From: Lama glama
Taxonomy: Eukaryota
DNA length: 64,000 nucleotides
Reading direction: 5' to 3'
NCBI GenBank assembly: GCA_028534125.1
Contig: CM052818.1
Span: forward strand, 23,810,001-23,874,000
Both the position numbers and the translations under genes were made by a program. Position 1 is the stretch's first letter. Each line of letters begins with the position of its first letter. Positions 11,272 to 24,254 of this stretch are shown piece after piece. Under the pieces are notes generated by a model. The model did not search any database. It saw only the letters and a program-made list of their open reading frames with translations, and was not told the DNA's origin.

Positions 11272-13390
11272 TTAAAAAGTTTATATGGAGAGGCAAAAGA
11301 CTCAGAATAATCAATTCAATGCTGAAGGAGAAGAAGAGTTGGTGAACTTACACTATTTGACTTCAAGACTTAGCATAAAGCTGTAGTAATCAAGACAGTG
11401 TGGTATTGAAGAAAGAATAAACAAATAGATCAATAGAACAGAATAGACAGCCCAGAAAGAGCTCAACTGTAAATACACTCAACTATAAATATACTGAACT
11501 GTTCTTTGACAAAGGAGCCAAGGCATTGCAGTGGAAGAAAGACAGCCTTTTCAGCAAGTGGTGCTGGGACACCAGGATATTCATGTGCAAAACAAAACAG
11601 AACCAAAAAAGAAACTAGACACAGACCTTACACTCTTCACAAAAGATAATGCAAAATGATCATAAACCTAAATGTCAAATGCAAAACTATAAAACTCCTG
11701 GACACTATTATAAGAGGAAATCTAGATGGCCTTAGATATGACTGAGTTTTTAGATACAACACCAAAGGCATGATCCATGAAAGAAATAATTGCTAAACTG
11801 GGCTTTGTTAAAATTAAAATCTTCTGCTCTGTGAAAGATAATGTCAAGAGAGAAGACAAATTGTAGACTGGGAGAAAATATTTGGGAAGGGAACAGCTGA
11901 TAAAGAACTGCTATCCAAAATATACAAGGGACTCTTAAAACTCAGTAGTATGTAAATGAACAACCCAATTAAAAAAGGGGTTATTGTGGTAATTATTTAA
12001 AAATGTATAGAAATATCCAATCACTAAATTGTGTATGAAGAACTAACATAGTGTTGTAGGTTAATCATACTTCAAACAACAACAAAAACTGAAAAGAAAA
12101 AGAGATTAGATTTGTGGTTACCAGAAGCAGGGGATGAGCGAGGGGGAATTGGAACAAGGCAGTCAAAAGGTACAAACTTCCAGTCATATGATAAATAAGT
12201 ACTGGGGATGTAACAGAGAACATAATATAATTAACACTGCTGTATAATATACATGAAAGTTTATGAAAAGAGTAAATCCTAAGGGTTCTCCTCACAAGGA
12301 AAACATTTTTTCCTATGTCTTCAATTTTTAAATCTATATGAAATGATGGATATTCACTAAACTTGCTGTGATAACTATTTCATAATGTAGTCAAACTATC
12401 ATGCTATATACCTTCAACTACACAGTGCTGTGTATCAATTATATCACAATAAAACTGGAAGAAAAAAAGTGACAGAAGACCTGGACACTTCACCAAGAAA
12501 GAGATACATGTAGAAAATAAGCATATGTAAGGATGTTTCACATCATACGTCTTCAGGGAAATGCAAGTTAAAACAAGGAGATACCACTATTCATCTATGA
12601 GAGTGATCAAAATGTAGAATGCTGGCAAAAGCAAAAGCTTGAAAGGACACAGAGCAACAAAAACTCTCATTCATTGCTGGTCTAAATACAAAATGGTATA
12701 GCCATGCTGGAAGACACTTTGGTGGTTTCCTACAAAACTGAACATACTATTACCATACAAGCCAGCAATTGTACTCCTTGGTATTTACCAAGGAGGTATT
12801 AAAAACTTATGTCCATAAAAATACCTGCACACAGATGTTTATAAGCAGCTTTATTCATAATTGCCAAAACTTGGAAGCAGTTAAGATGTCTTTCAGTAGA
12901 TGAATGGATAAATACACTGTGATATGACCAGGTAATGGAATATTATTCAGCACTGAAAAGAAATGAGCTGTCGAGCCATGAAAAGACTTGGAGGAAAGTT
13001 AAATGCATATCCCTAAGTGAAAGGAAAAGGCTGAAAAGCCTCTATGATTCCACTTTTATGACATTCTGGAAAAGGCAAATCTGTGGAGACAAGACTATTG
13101 GTTGCCAGGAGCTGAAAATGAGGCAGGGAGAGATGAATTGGCAGAGCACAGAGAATTTTTAGGGCAGTGAAACTATTCCGTATCATATTACAGTGGATAC
13201 ACGGCATTATACATTTGTCAAAACTCATGGAATGTACACCACCAAATGCACCGCTGTGGTGTAGAATGTGGATAGTAGGGAAGTGTGTTGTGTGTATGGG
13301 GCCAGGGGTATATGGAAACCGACACTTTTTGCCCAGTTAGGCTGTAAACCAAAAATGCTTTGAAAACATAAATTCTATTAAAAAATAAGA
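11272..13390 (+). mobile_element. LINE-1 3' half (L1MC-like), interrupted by a nested L1
   Basis: ORF2 C-terminal remnants (MEYYSALKRNELSSHEKTWRK) and a 3'UTR with GCAGAGCACAGAGAATTTTTAGGGCAGTGAAACTATT; A-rich tail. Confidence 0.88.
11981..12462 (+). mobile_element. Nested 5'-truncated LINE-1 3'UTR (L1MA9/laurasiatherian-like)
   Basis: GTCAAAAGGTACAAACTTCCAGT..CAATAAAACTGGAAG. It splits host AACCCAATTAAAAAAGGG / AAAAAAGTGACAGAAGACC with a degenerate TSD. Confidence 0.82.
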
Positions 13391-13479
13391 AACAAAAATT
13401 CAGACATTGCTCTTTACCTCTGATGCATTTAGCGCATAAATATACAGAAAAGCAGAGAAAAAAGATGAAAGCAGAAAAA

Positions 13480-13830
13480 TATTTAACAGGCAAATAAACT
13501 ATAGCTGCATGCTTCAACATAAATGAATCTCCAAAAGCATGTTACATAATAATACTACCACATGCTTCTATTTTATTAAAAGCGAAATAGGTAAGGTGAA
13601 AATACTAATGGTTCATGAATGAATACATAGGTGATATAACCATAAAGAAAAGCATGGGAATGATCCTACAATAATCAGGACTATAGTCATCCCTGGACAA
13701 CGCGACAGGAAAGTCATCGGTAGGAGGAGACAGGGAATTTCTGAGGTGTAAATAACATTCCATTCAAGCTGCATGGGGCCAACTTGGCAGTTAACTTATT
13801 CCATACTCTTTAAAACTTTACATGTACACT
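13480..13830 (+). mobile_element. Ancient LINE-1 3'UTR (L1ME-like)
   Basis: CAACATAAATGAATCTC..CATAAAGAAAAGCATGGGAATGATC..TTTAAAACTTTACATG. Confidence 0.6.
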
Positions 13831-13924
13831 ATGAAATTATAAGGAATACAGGTGATGAAATTTATTGGACTACTTAAAATAGTCCTGGGGTGGAGTAGGT
13901 TTTAGAGAACCGTTACTAGAGAAG

Positions 13925-14230
13925 GCACCACTGTCATCAAGATTCCAGTTCCTCTCCGCTGTTTTTAGGACCCTACCCTCCTCCGTGTGTCAGTTGCCTC
14001 CTTTCTTCCTTGTAGTAAATAAAGATGACTGTTGCAGTTCTGGTTTTTATTTGTATGAACACAAGACCACCTCGAAAGGGAGAACTTCTCTTATTCAAAT
14101 TACCAAGTGAAAGTTCTTGGCTTTGCACACATCAAACCTATGTAGGTTATATCCTTGCCTGAACCAATCCCCATGGTGAAGGAGCTGGGGCTAGGCTAGT
14201 CCCTCTCCAACCAGGATGCGGGGTGTGGAG
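13925..14230 (-). mobile_element. MaLR LTR remnant (MLT1J/K-like)
   Basis: TGTCATCAAGATTCCAGTT..AAGATGACTGTTGCAGTTC..CCTGAACCAATCCCCATGG. Confidence 0.5.
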
Positions 14231-14239
14231 ACAACGAAC

Positions 14240-14349
14240 TAGGATGAGCAGCTCTGCCCAGTGTGCCTGACTTGGCCTGTTTTAGTTGATAGATCTGTGT
14301 CCCACAAAACCCCTCAATCCCAGGCAAACAGAGATGGCTGATGACCGTA
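14240..14349 (+). mobile_element. MER81-like hAT-Blackjack MITE
   Basis: About 110 bp, degenerate TIRs TAGGATGAGC..GATGACCGTA, internal AAAACCCCTCAATCCCAGGCAAAC. Confidence 0.7.
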
Positions 14350-15119
14350 CAAACAAAAGCGTAGACACAGAAATCAGCTGCCCCTCAAACCCATGCTCAA
14401 GTCTTGCGACTAGGAAGTAGATGTGAATAAATGACTATTTCTACTTTCTCATAATAGACATCTTTCTCCCATAGGAACTACTGAATCTTTTTCAACAATA
14501 GAATTCCAGACTCTATGAGGAATTTCTTAAAACTTTCGCCTCTTTCTCTTACATGATTAATAGTCCTCATGTTTTCTAATGTTATTTGATGGAATTTGCT
14601 AGCCTGTCAGTGCCATTCCTGAACCTCCTTCAGAATTATGAGATCCTATGGAGGCTGTTTTGTAACATTTCACAGCCTCAGAGGTATTTTTTCAGCTATT
14701 TCCCCAAATATTCAGTGAGATGGGAGCTAAAAGCATCTGTCTTCTGAGAAAGATCTGTTATTTCCTGGAATAAAGAAGCTCCTTAATGACTTTTTTTTTT
14801 ACAGTAATATAGTTTATTTTTTTCTTATTAAAATATAGCACATAAGATTCCAGATTAATTTCTCAATTCCTTTCAATTTATACCTCTTTATTGTTTGCAA
14901 ATATTCTACTAGCTCCCTTATAGAGCAGTGCATTTTATAGTTAATTTCCCTCTTATTTTCTGTTTGGTTTTCACTGTGTCTAAATGTGTGAAACAGACTC
15001 TGAGGTGCTGTCCAACTGCTGTCAAAACAACTAATAACATCAATGAAAATATTAAACTATGTGGTCGGTATTATGTAAAACAGATGGGAGTAGTTTGGCT
15101 TTTTTTTTTTATCTTTCAA

Positions 15120-15265
15120 GTGAAGGATGACTTACAGAATCATCCCAGGAATCCTTGTTAAAAATGGAAGGTTTAGGGTCCTGCTGTAGACTTTTAAATC
15201 CAGTACCTTGGGGTGGTGGTAGGGACCAGGCAGCCTGCTTTGAACAAGAATCTGAGACTAACCAC
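15120..15265. mobile_element. MER5-like hAT-Charlie remnant
   Basis: CAGAATCATCCCAGG..TTGTTAAAAATG..GGGACCAGGCAGCCTGCTTTGAACAAG..TGAGACTAACCA. Confidence 0.55.
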
Positions 15266-16260
15266 ATCAGAAGCACCCCTGTTGTGTTTATACATACGGG
15301 AACCCGGCTGCAGCCTCCAGAGACCCTCATTCCAAAGTCTGCAGACAACCATGAAGTCTACAGCTCTGAGACAGTCTGAAACTGGACTGCTGAAACTCCA
15401 CTGCAGGTGAAGCTTGAATTACGTTTGCTACCAAAGAGACTGGGTAACCATGAAAGGGTTGAAACCCATGGGGTTTCAATGAGAAATGTCATGGAAAGTT
15501 CCACTAGCAACAGAAAAAAAAAAAAGGCAACTTGAAGGGCTTCTGGAATATAATTACAAAGCTATTATCAGTGAGTATTAATACGATGAGTAGCACACCC
15601 GCTTCTTTGGCATTACAATTTTGTCAGAGTTGACCAACCGTTTCTCCTCCAAGCCTTTGGAAGTAAATCTCATTATAGCACAGGGGTTGTTTTCCCCCTG
15701 GTGTCCATTGACCAAGGACATTTTCTGGTCAAGCAGACATTCAGTAGCTTTGCTGTATCCACACACAGGAAACGGCCATGACCTTTCCGGCCCGGAAGGT
15801 TATGCATTTTGACAGGCGGCACAGAGCCAGTCCCTCCCACCACGCGGCACAGACGGCCACACACTGTTCTCCGGAGGCGTGCTGTTACTCGTGTTGTTTA
15901 ATCACATTCAGCATGTCTGGAGCTGAACGTCACTCAGGCTATCAGAAAGGCAGAAAAGCCGTGCTACTGAGCCTGTGGAAATCCTCAGCGAGAAGCAACA
16001 TTCAGAGCTGGCTGGTTATTTAATAAGCGTGCATTCACATCCAGGAACGTCGTCTCCTTCTGTCTCTGTTAACTTCCACCACATCCCCAAACACTGTATT
16101 TGTCAAAAATTGTAGAACTTGTTAAAAATGAAAATAAAACACTAGATGCCTTCTTTGCTCCCCGTGATGTACAGAAAAATGAATCACAGCCCCAACTTAA
16201 GAAAGCTCATGACCTAGTCAGAGTACCAGGTCAGAAAGCGTATCTCTTCCTCTCTGTCTA

Positions 16261-16285
16261 ACACACACACACACACACACACACA
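16261..16285. repeat. (CA)12 microsatellite
   Basis: Read directly. Confidence 0.95.
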
Positions 16286-16539
16286 GCATTTGCAGTTCAT
16301 CACAGATTTTGCTAGTTTAGCTACATTCAAGAGTGATGGTGAGGATTCATATCACACACTGAATGGCTCCCCACTGTCTCTAATTGATTCCTCAGTGTCT
16401 GTCTCTTCTTCCTCCTTCCCCTCACTCTTGATTTTTCAGGAATATGAATTGTTATTTTTTCATTCATAACAACTCAGCCAGATGTGCATGCCATCCAATT
16501 TCAACCTCCACCCCAAGTTTCTGATCAAAATATATCCAT

Positions 16540-16808
16540 AACATAGAAAACAAACTTACCAGGGAAGAAAAGGGTAGGGGGAGGATAGAGTGGGAATTTG
16601 GGATTTGCAGATACTAACCACTATTATAAAACGAATAAACAATAAGGTGCTACTATACAGCACAGAAAACTATATTCAATACCTTGTTAATCGCCTATAA
16701 TGAAAAAGAATATGTATATGTGTATGCGTATAGCTGAATCACTATGGTGTATACCAGAGAGTATCACAAGATTGCAAATTGACTGTACTTCAATAGAAAT
16801 AAATAAAA
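16540..16808 (+). mobile_element. Cetartiodactyl-type LINE-1 3' tail
   Basis: ACATAGAAAACAAACTT..GGGAATTTGGGATTTGCAGATAC..AAACTATATTCAATACCTTG..GACTGTACTTCAAT plus A-rich tail. Confidence 0.88.
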
Positions 16809-18068
16809 GAGAGGTACAAACAAGAAAAAAATATGTCCATGCAAGAAATAGTTTTCTTCCCCAGGAGAAATCTAGTGAATGAAAGTTTCTCCACCTTCAA
16901 TTTCTGAAACAATGTTGAAAACACAAAAGAATATCAATTAAAGTGCTAAATTGTATGGTACAAGAAAAGGGTTACATAGGTGTGAGAAGAGTGAAAATGT
17001 CAGTGATGGCTAGAGGATTTAAGGACTTACTGAGGTCCCCTTCCAATATGTTTCTAGAGCATCTTATGATTCAATGAATCAATGTTCATATATTTGTTGG
17101 CTAACTTGGTTCTCTTTTCATTAAACTCTAAGCACATTGAGGACAGACACTATGACTGCACCACTGTTTAATACCACCAATACTGAGAACAGTGTGTTTT
17201 AGGAAAATTCAGAGTCAACCAGTTGTAAACTGAAGGGATGGCTGGCTTGACTGAGTCTTGAAAGATGCATGAGACTTAGATGGTTTGACATAAAAAGAGG
17301 AGGCTTTGCCAGCAGAAAGAATAAAATGAGTCAGTTGCTAGAGAATTTAAAGACTAGGGAAATCATTAGAGTAAAGGGGATGACAATATTGAGAACTGAG
17401 TATGTATAATTTAGAAAGTGATCAGAAGGGAAACTTGAATGCCTTTTGGAGGAGGTTAGATTCATTGCTGCAGAAAACAGAACAGAATTTTTGAACATAG
17501 CAACAAAATAATTTAAGTGATATTTCAGAATATTAGTGTAAGAACCTTAAACAATGTACCTAAAGGGTCATTTATGACCCTTGCTTTTTCAGAGTGTCAT
17601 CAAATATTTGAGTGTCTCGTATTCAAGCAGAGTTGCCCTCTCATTTACTTTGTTGTTGTTCCATTTCTTTTTCTTTCTGTGTCTTTCACACAATTTCCAG
17701 TCTACCAGGTAGGGCATTATACAGAGATTAGGTCTATTCTATCAAGTGAAAAACATGTGAAAACTCACTTAGACAGAGGTCGTAGGGACTTAAAATATAG
17801 GCTGTCCTGGAGTGATTTGCAGAAATATTAGAAGAGACCAAAGCGTAACATTCAGGAATTACTAAAAGAGTAACTTCAATCACCACTACGTAGGGTTAGA
17901 ATGTTATGGAGTGGAGAAGCAGGCGATTTGGACTTCAGAGTTACAGCCCAAACACAGACAATAAATAATAGGTGAATGGTTTATTAATAAGGTTGATTTA
18001 TTGCCAGCAACAGGAAAATTGAGCCTCAAATGTTTACATAAATCTCTGATGGCTGTCATTCTTTCTGC

Positions 18069-18467
18069 TGTGATTAGATAGATCACCATCCAAAATTTGG
18101 ATTGGATGTTATCATTGATGCCACACACAAACTAAGAGGGTATGCAAACTTTTATTACTTATATAACAAGGCTTTCCAGGGAGACAAGGGCACGTCTCCC
18201 CAGATGGTCTGCAACTGGCTTAAGAGAGTGGGGAAAGATTCCTGGCCTTAGGTTTTATTACTGTAAGAGGCTGGGGCCAAGGTGAGGGTTTCTGCTGGTG
18301 AGCAGGGGTCTGCATTGCTTGAATTTCCCACTGGCACCAAAGGAGGAAGCCCCCAGGCTTTCTTATCAGTTTGTCCAGATTCAGGGCATGGGGCAGAGGG
18401 AGAGGGAAGGGGTGATGCTTAAAGCGATCAGAAGTTAAACACAAAAAAATGAAGTCAGACTTTTTAC
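18069..18467 (-). mobile_element. ERVL-class solo LTR (MER74/MER54-like)
   Basis: Minus strand reads AAGTCTGACTTCATTTTTT..CTGATAAGAAAGCCTGGG..CCTTTGGTGCCAGTGGGAAATTCAAG..AATAAAACC and ends in CA. Confidence 0.7.
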
Positions 18468-18967
18468 TTTTCTAGTTAGGTTTGTATAATTTGCCTCAGT
18501 ATCCAAGACCCATAATAGGTTTTTTTTTTAAAGAGAAAGACATGCATATTTGCCTCTCCCCAAGTAATCTTATATGATATTAGCACACAGTGTTATAATA
18601 GTGCATTGTCCCTAAGTACTAGTCATCGTGATCAAGTCTCCAACATTATTTCACTCTAATCAATAACAATCTTATTCCCAGAGTCAAAGATTAGTTTAGA
18701 AACAGACATATGACAGTAACTTGGCCATATGATGAGACCTGAGGGGAAGCATACCAGGGAATTCTGTGTAGTTTCCTAACTCCAAAAGAGAAAACATGGA
18801 GAAGAGGTAGTTGCCAAGCCCAAAAGTGGTATCCAAAACCCCTCAAGTTAAAACATCCTAGTTGATATACCTTTTTTTATAGAAAACTTTTGGCCCCAAA
18901 ATTGCTAGAGTACAAGCCAATTCTTATACATTCACTCCTATTTTAAATCGACATAATGGTATCATGG

Positions 18968-19165
18968 CAATGTGCAAAGAGTGTTAGCCATGGTATGGGC
19001 AGATCTGGGTTTCAGCTCCTGTTCTAACATTTATAAAAAATGTGAACTTGAGTGAATAATTTAGTCATTTTGAGCATCAGTTTCTTCATCTGTAAATAGC
19101 GAGTATGTATTAATGCTCCCCGGATACGTTTTGTAGGGTTATTGTGGTAATCATAAAAATTAATG
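18968..19165 (+). mobile_element. MIR SINE
   Basis: AGATCTGGGTTTCAG..TGTGAACTTGAG..CAGTTTCTTCATCTGTAAAT. Confidence 0.75.
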
Positions 19166-19169
19166 TTTT

Positions 19170-19480
19170 ATTTATTACTCACTTAATTCAGTAATTAAAA
19201 TACATGGAATGAGAGCCCACGGTAGCCAAATATTATGCCTGGAGCTCAGAAAAGACTGGTCAATAAAATAGATAAAATCCCCACCTTCACATTGTTTGTA
19301 CTATAGGTTAAGTTAATTTCTCCACATGTTGTAAAGCCCGAGTACGTATAACTACATGTCTCTGTATGTATTTTGTATTGATTTTATTCACTATATATTT
19401 ATTAGCATCCACCATGTGGGAAACATTACTTTTGGTGCTGAGAATTTAAAAAGAAGACACAATTCCTGTTGAGAGATGTA
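19170..19480 (-). mobile_element. Two L2 3'-end remnants
   Basis: TTATTACTCACTTAATTCAG.. and TTATTCACTATATATTTATTAGCATCCACCATGTG, which are antisense L2 tails. Confidence 0.5.
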
Positions 19481-20234
19481 CTCCATTACATTTATATTGC
19501 ATATAACTTAAAAATCTCTTAAACAATAAGAGGCAAACTACCAGATGAACAGAGGACTAAACAAAGAAGGCATTAAATTTTTAAAACAACAAGAAGCCTG
19601 AATGTAGGCTGAAAAATATCAACAAAGGTGTAGCTCTTCTTTAGAAATTTCAGCTCTGAAGGAAGCTAGGAAAGTATGTATCCGGCACAGGGGAAAAAGA
19701 TAACATTTTTGACTTAGGCAAATCACGATTCGTCACTTGGGCCTGAAACACTATTGCCACAAACAGAATTGACAAGAAAAAAGAGAAATGACTGATGGAT
19801 AAACAATTAAAATATCTGTGTCTATATATGTATTATTATTTAAAAGTAACAGAGTAACATCTTAATTTATACAAAACATTAATTTTGTACTTGGGAGACT
19901 CATCCTCATGTCATGCGGTTCCTAATCTGTAATCTGCATGTTTATGTATCTGTGATTTTCATGTTTATATGTTTGGGTATTTTCCCTAAGTGGTCTTAAC
20001 CTTAAGCTGAAGAGAAATCTAAAGGTATAACTCCTTTGGATCTAATTCCTATTTACCTTTGGACTTAACAGCACAGACTCCTAAAGGACTGGACCTATCC
20101 ATGGTGCTGGCTTAGATCAAGCAGTTATAACAAAATAATGATCTACTCAGCTTGTACAGGGAAACTTAGGTATATCTTAGGGAAAGACACAGATGTCATT
20201 CTAAATTCATCACAATTCAGCATCAACAGAACTA

Positions 20235-20400
20235 TTCTTCATTTGTGTGGTCCTTTATAGTCTTTTGCATAATGTCTTAACATCCCGTTTACCCACAAAA
20301 CATGTCTGAGGTCAAATGGGAAATGTGTTCCCTGTTTTATGGGTGAGGTAACTGAAATAGAGGTCTCTGAGTGACTTCTCAAAAAATACACAATATATCA
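20235..20400 (-). mobile_element. MIR SINE
   Basis: CCCTGTTTTATGGGTGAGGTAACTGAAATAGAG..AGTGACTTCTCAA. Confidence 0.6.
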
Positions 20401-20539
20401 AAGGCAGCAGCAGACTATATTCATTATGGTTTAGGGTTGAAAGAACTCAGTAGCACTTTAAGTTTGCAAAAATATTTGCTCAACTGGAAAGTTGGAATCC
20501 AAGGATTTGAGATAGTAAGTATTCTTCAAAGGTGAGGAG

Positions 20540-20860
20540 CCATCCGTATGATACAGAACTATGCATCCCTTAAAAAAGATGTTTACCAAAATACTAAAAC
20601 ACAAAAATAGCAAGAGGTAAAGCTCATGAAAAGACAGTTTAAAAAATTAAAAATATAGTCCTATGTAATATATTAATCAACTCTGTGAATGCATATAACA
20701 CAGACACATATAACAAAGACTAGAAATACAATCGCCAAAATGTTAAGAGTGATTATCCCTGAGTGGGATTATGGAAAATCTTAATTTTTATCTTTTCCTT
20801 TTATGTGTTTTTCTCCAGTTCCATACTGAAAGTATACTAGTTTATATAAATGCCTTTTTA
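20540..20860 (+). mobile_element. Ancient LINE-1 3'UTR (L1ME-like)
   Basis: CCAAAATGTTAAGAGTGATTATCCCTGAGTGGGATTATGG..TTTTATCTTTTCC. Confidence 0.6.
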
Positions 20861-21831
20861 AAACTAAAAATGGGTATATACCATGGGACAAAAACTAATC
20901 CAATCCCTTTGATTGCCATATTTGCCAACTCAAAGTCTTGCTTCATATCATTTTTTATTGTATCTTCAAAGTTGGATCCTCATCCTTCAGAAAACTCCTG
21001 GGACAAGGAAAGTATGTCTTCCTCTTGGGCATATTTTTATTAAGAACAGGATTCTCTTTGGGTTTCTGTCCCCTCAGGCTCCACTACAATTGGCCAAGGA
21101 TTTTAAGCCAGTAAGAAAATATGTCCACTGTTCCAAGACAATTTCTTGTGTTTCTGTATCAAGAAAGAACAGTAGAAATAATGGATTTGTAAAGCATTTC
21201 TCAGGATATCATGATTTCCTTCTGGCTCAAAATTGCTACAATTGAAAATAAAATCAAATTCTGTGCTACAAATGGGGACATGCCCAATAGTGTCTCCTGA
21301 TATACAAACCAACCAACAAACCCTTTCCACCAGTAATGTGCAGAAATCTCACTCTTCAATTATGTCATAATTGTTAGTAAGGAAACCGATCTCCCTTTAT
21401 TGATCTGGCTTAATATTCACATACTTACCTAGTTTCTGTTGTAAAACAATCTATTCACAAAATAGTATTTTTACATTAAGATTTTTTCAGGAAACATATG
21501 TGGTTTTGGTTGCAAGGGTAGAAAGTAATGTAAAGTGATAGAGAATTGATCGTGCATGCCAACAGAGCAGGTGGCTATTATGGAGAGAGACACAAGCATT
21601 AACCTTCATTCCCATAATAGCTTCAGCTGAGCTAGCATTTTTCTGGACTGTGCAAGGTCTTTACATGTGTGATTCTTATGAACCATTCCAATGTGGAATG
21701 AGTGGGTGGCAGCTGTTCTCTTCATTTTACGTGCAGGAAACTCTACAAAGAAGCACCAAAAGACTGCCCATCATTTCCAGCGTCAAGTTAAAGTCAACAG
21801 AGATGTATAAAGAAGCAAGAAGCCCAACTCT

Positions 21832-22949
21832 AGAAGTAAAAACTAGATTAAAAAACGGGACCTAATAAAACTTACAAGCTTCTGCACACGAAAAGAAACC
21901 ATAAGTAAAACAAAATGACAACCTACAGAATGGGAGAAAATTTTTGCAAATGAAACCGACAAAGGCTTCATCTCCAGAATATGTAAGCAGCTCATACGAC
22001 TGAATAAGAAAAAAATAAACAACCCAATCCAAAAATGGGCAAAAGACCTAAACAAACAACTTTCCAAGGAAGAAATACAAATGATCAATAGGCACATGGA
22101 AAAATGCTCACTATCACTAATTATCAGAGAAATGCAAATCAAAACTATAATGAGGTATCACCTCAACACCAGTCAGAATGGTCATCATTCAAAAGTCCAC
22201 AAATGACCAATGCTGGAGAGGCTGTGGAGAAAAGGGAACCCTCCGACACTGCTGGTGGGAATGCATTATGGTGCAGCCACTATGGAAAACGGTATGGAGA
22301 TTCCTCAAAAGACTAGGAATAGACTTACCATATGACCCAGGAATCCTGCTCCTGGTCATATATCCAGAAGGAACCCTACTTCAGGATGACACCTGCACCC
22401 CAATGTTCCTAGCAGCATTATTTACAATAGCCAAGACGTGGAAACAGCCTAAATGTCCATCAACGGATGACTGGATAAAGAAGAGGTGGTATATTTATAC
22501 AATGAAATACTATTCAGCCATAAAACCCGACAACATAACGCCATTTGCAGCAACATGGATGTTCCTGGAGAATGTCATTCTAAGTGAAGTAAGCCAGAAA
22601 GAGAAAGAAAAATACCATATGAGATCGTTCATATGTGGAATCTAAAAAAAAAAAAAAATACAAAACAGAAACAGACTCATAGACATAGAATACAAACTTG
22701 TGGTTGCCAAGGGGGCAGGGGGTGGGAAGGGACAGACCGAGATTTCAAAATGTAGAATAGATAAGCAAGATTATACTGTATAGCATAGGGAAATATATAC
22801 AGGATCTTGTGGTAGCTCACAGCAAAAAAAAAAATGTGACAATGAATATATGTATGTTCTGTATAACAAAAATTGTGCTCTACACTGGAATTTGACACAA
22901 CATCGTAAAATGACTATAACTCAATAAAAACAATGTAAAAAAAAAAAAA
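21832..22949 (+). mobile_element. Young 5'-truncated LINE-1 (camelid-type), ORF2 C-terminus + 3'UTR + poly(A), 12-bp TSD
   Basis: ORF 22178-22645 encodes the L1 ORF2 CCHC region ([30 protein letters not shown]). TSD is AAGCCCAACTCT (21820-21831) / AAGCCCAACCCT (22950-22961). Confidence 0.95.
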
Positions 22950-24254
22950 AAGCCCAACCCTTCACAGCAAATACAGTTAGATTTCAGAGTTACCTTCTGC
23001 AAATAACAGCTTTAAAAGGAATGTCTTTTCTAATATACGTATGTTTTACATTTGAATGGAAGAAGTAATTACATCTCTACAAGCCTACCAAAATCACATA
23101 AATAGTGATCCCAGTTCCTCAGGAGAAAATTTCAAAAGCCTAAACAAACATCTAAAATGGGACCCTCCCTGGGGGTCATACCAGCACATATCAGAACTAT
23201 TTAATGACAGATGGCAACAAATATATTTCTCTACCAAGTAGAAAGATGCCCCTGTATTTTGCTTTTTGAGTTTTTTCTTCTTACATTACATGTCGCTAAC
23301 AGGATCATAAAATGTGTAGGCTTCAGGCTCATCCTGTAGCATTTAGGACTCAGAGTTAAAACTTCTTAAATCTTAAGGAAAATAAAGCCTTATATAAGGA
23401 ATGGTATTCTTGAGTAACTATTCTTGACATTTTAATTATGGTAATTCTTAGGGCAAGTAATAGGAAAAAATTCATCACATTCAAATTGCCAATAAGAACA
23501 AGTTATGGAATTTTACATTACCATAGACATCGATCTTTTGTTGAAATTTTACATTGATTGGTATCAAAGCTTGCCTAGAGCTCTCAAATATACTTCTCTA
23601 ACATCAATAACCTTTGCTAAAGCACTGAGGCTACCATCCTAGTGTTTCTTTTTCCCTCATTGACTCTGGTAGATTCCAGAACTCAGATAATAAACAGCAT
23701 GATCATTTGCCTTCAAAGAAACCCCTGCATTTAAGTGGTTTAGAGTTATCTTAAAGTAAAATATTTTACTTGTAAATAGACTCTATCAGGCGTGTTTTTC
23801 TCCAGTTTTTCTCGACAAGTGTATCCACTGTCTCGTACTGGACTTGCACTGATCCCATTGCTGCTGCACTGGGCACCGTTTCCATCCACATGAAATGTGC
23901 ATTCTCCAACTAAGCAAAGCCTGTGATCATCTTCTCATGGTTTCTACACTTTGTTTCATGAAGAAATTATTGTGACAATTGCTTTGAATCTTTCTATGCA
24001 GTTCTAACTCAGAGACTAAAGCTCGCCTTTTGTATGACGATATTGGTTAATAGCTAAGGCATTTCAAAAACCTTCTATCTCCAGTTGAGGTATAAAGTTT
24101 TCAACAAGTTTTTTATCTGGTACTGAAATACAACCACGAATGGCAACGGAGGCCTCCTCCTTGCCTCTACCAACAGAACCATCACCGAAATCAACAGGAG
24201 GGGAAATTTCCCTAACACGCCTTCCATGTTTTATGGCATTCAACGACAATTAGG

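Noticed and set aside
22178..22645. 155-aa ORF as a host gene
   Set aside because: It is the L1 ORF2 C-terminus in a 5'-truncated copy with no promoter.
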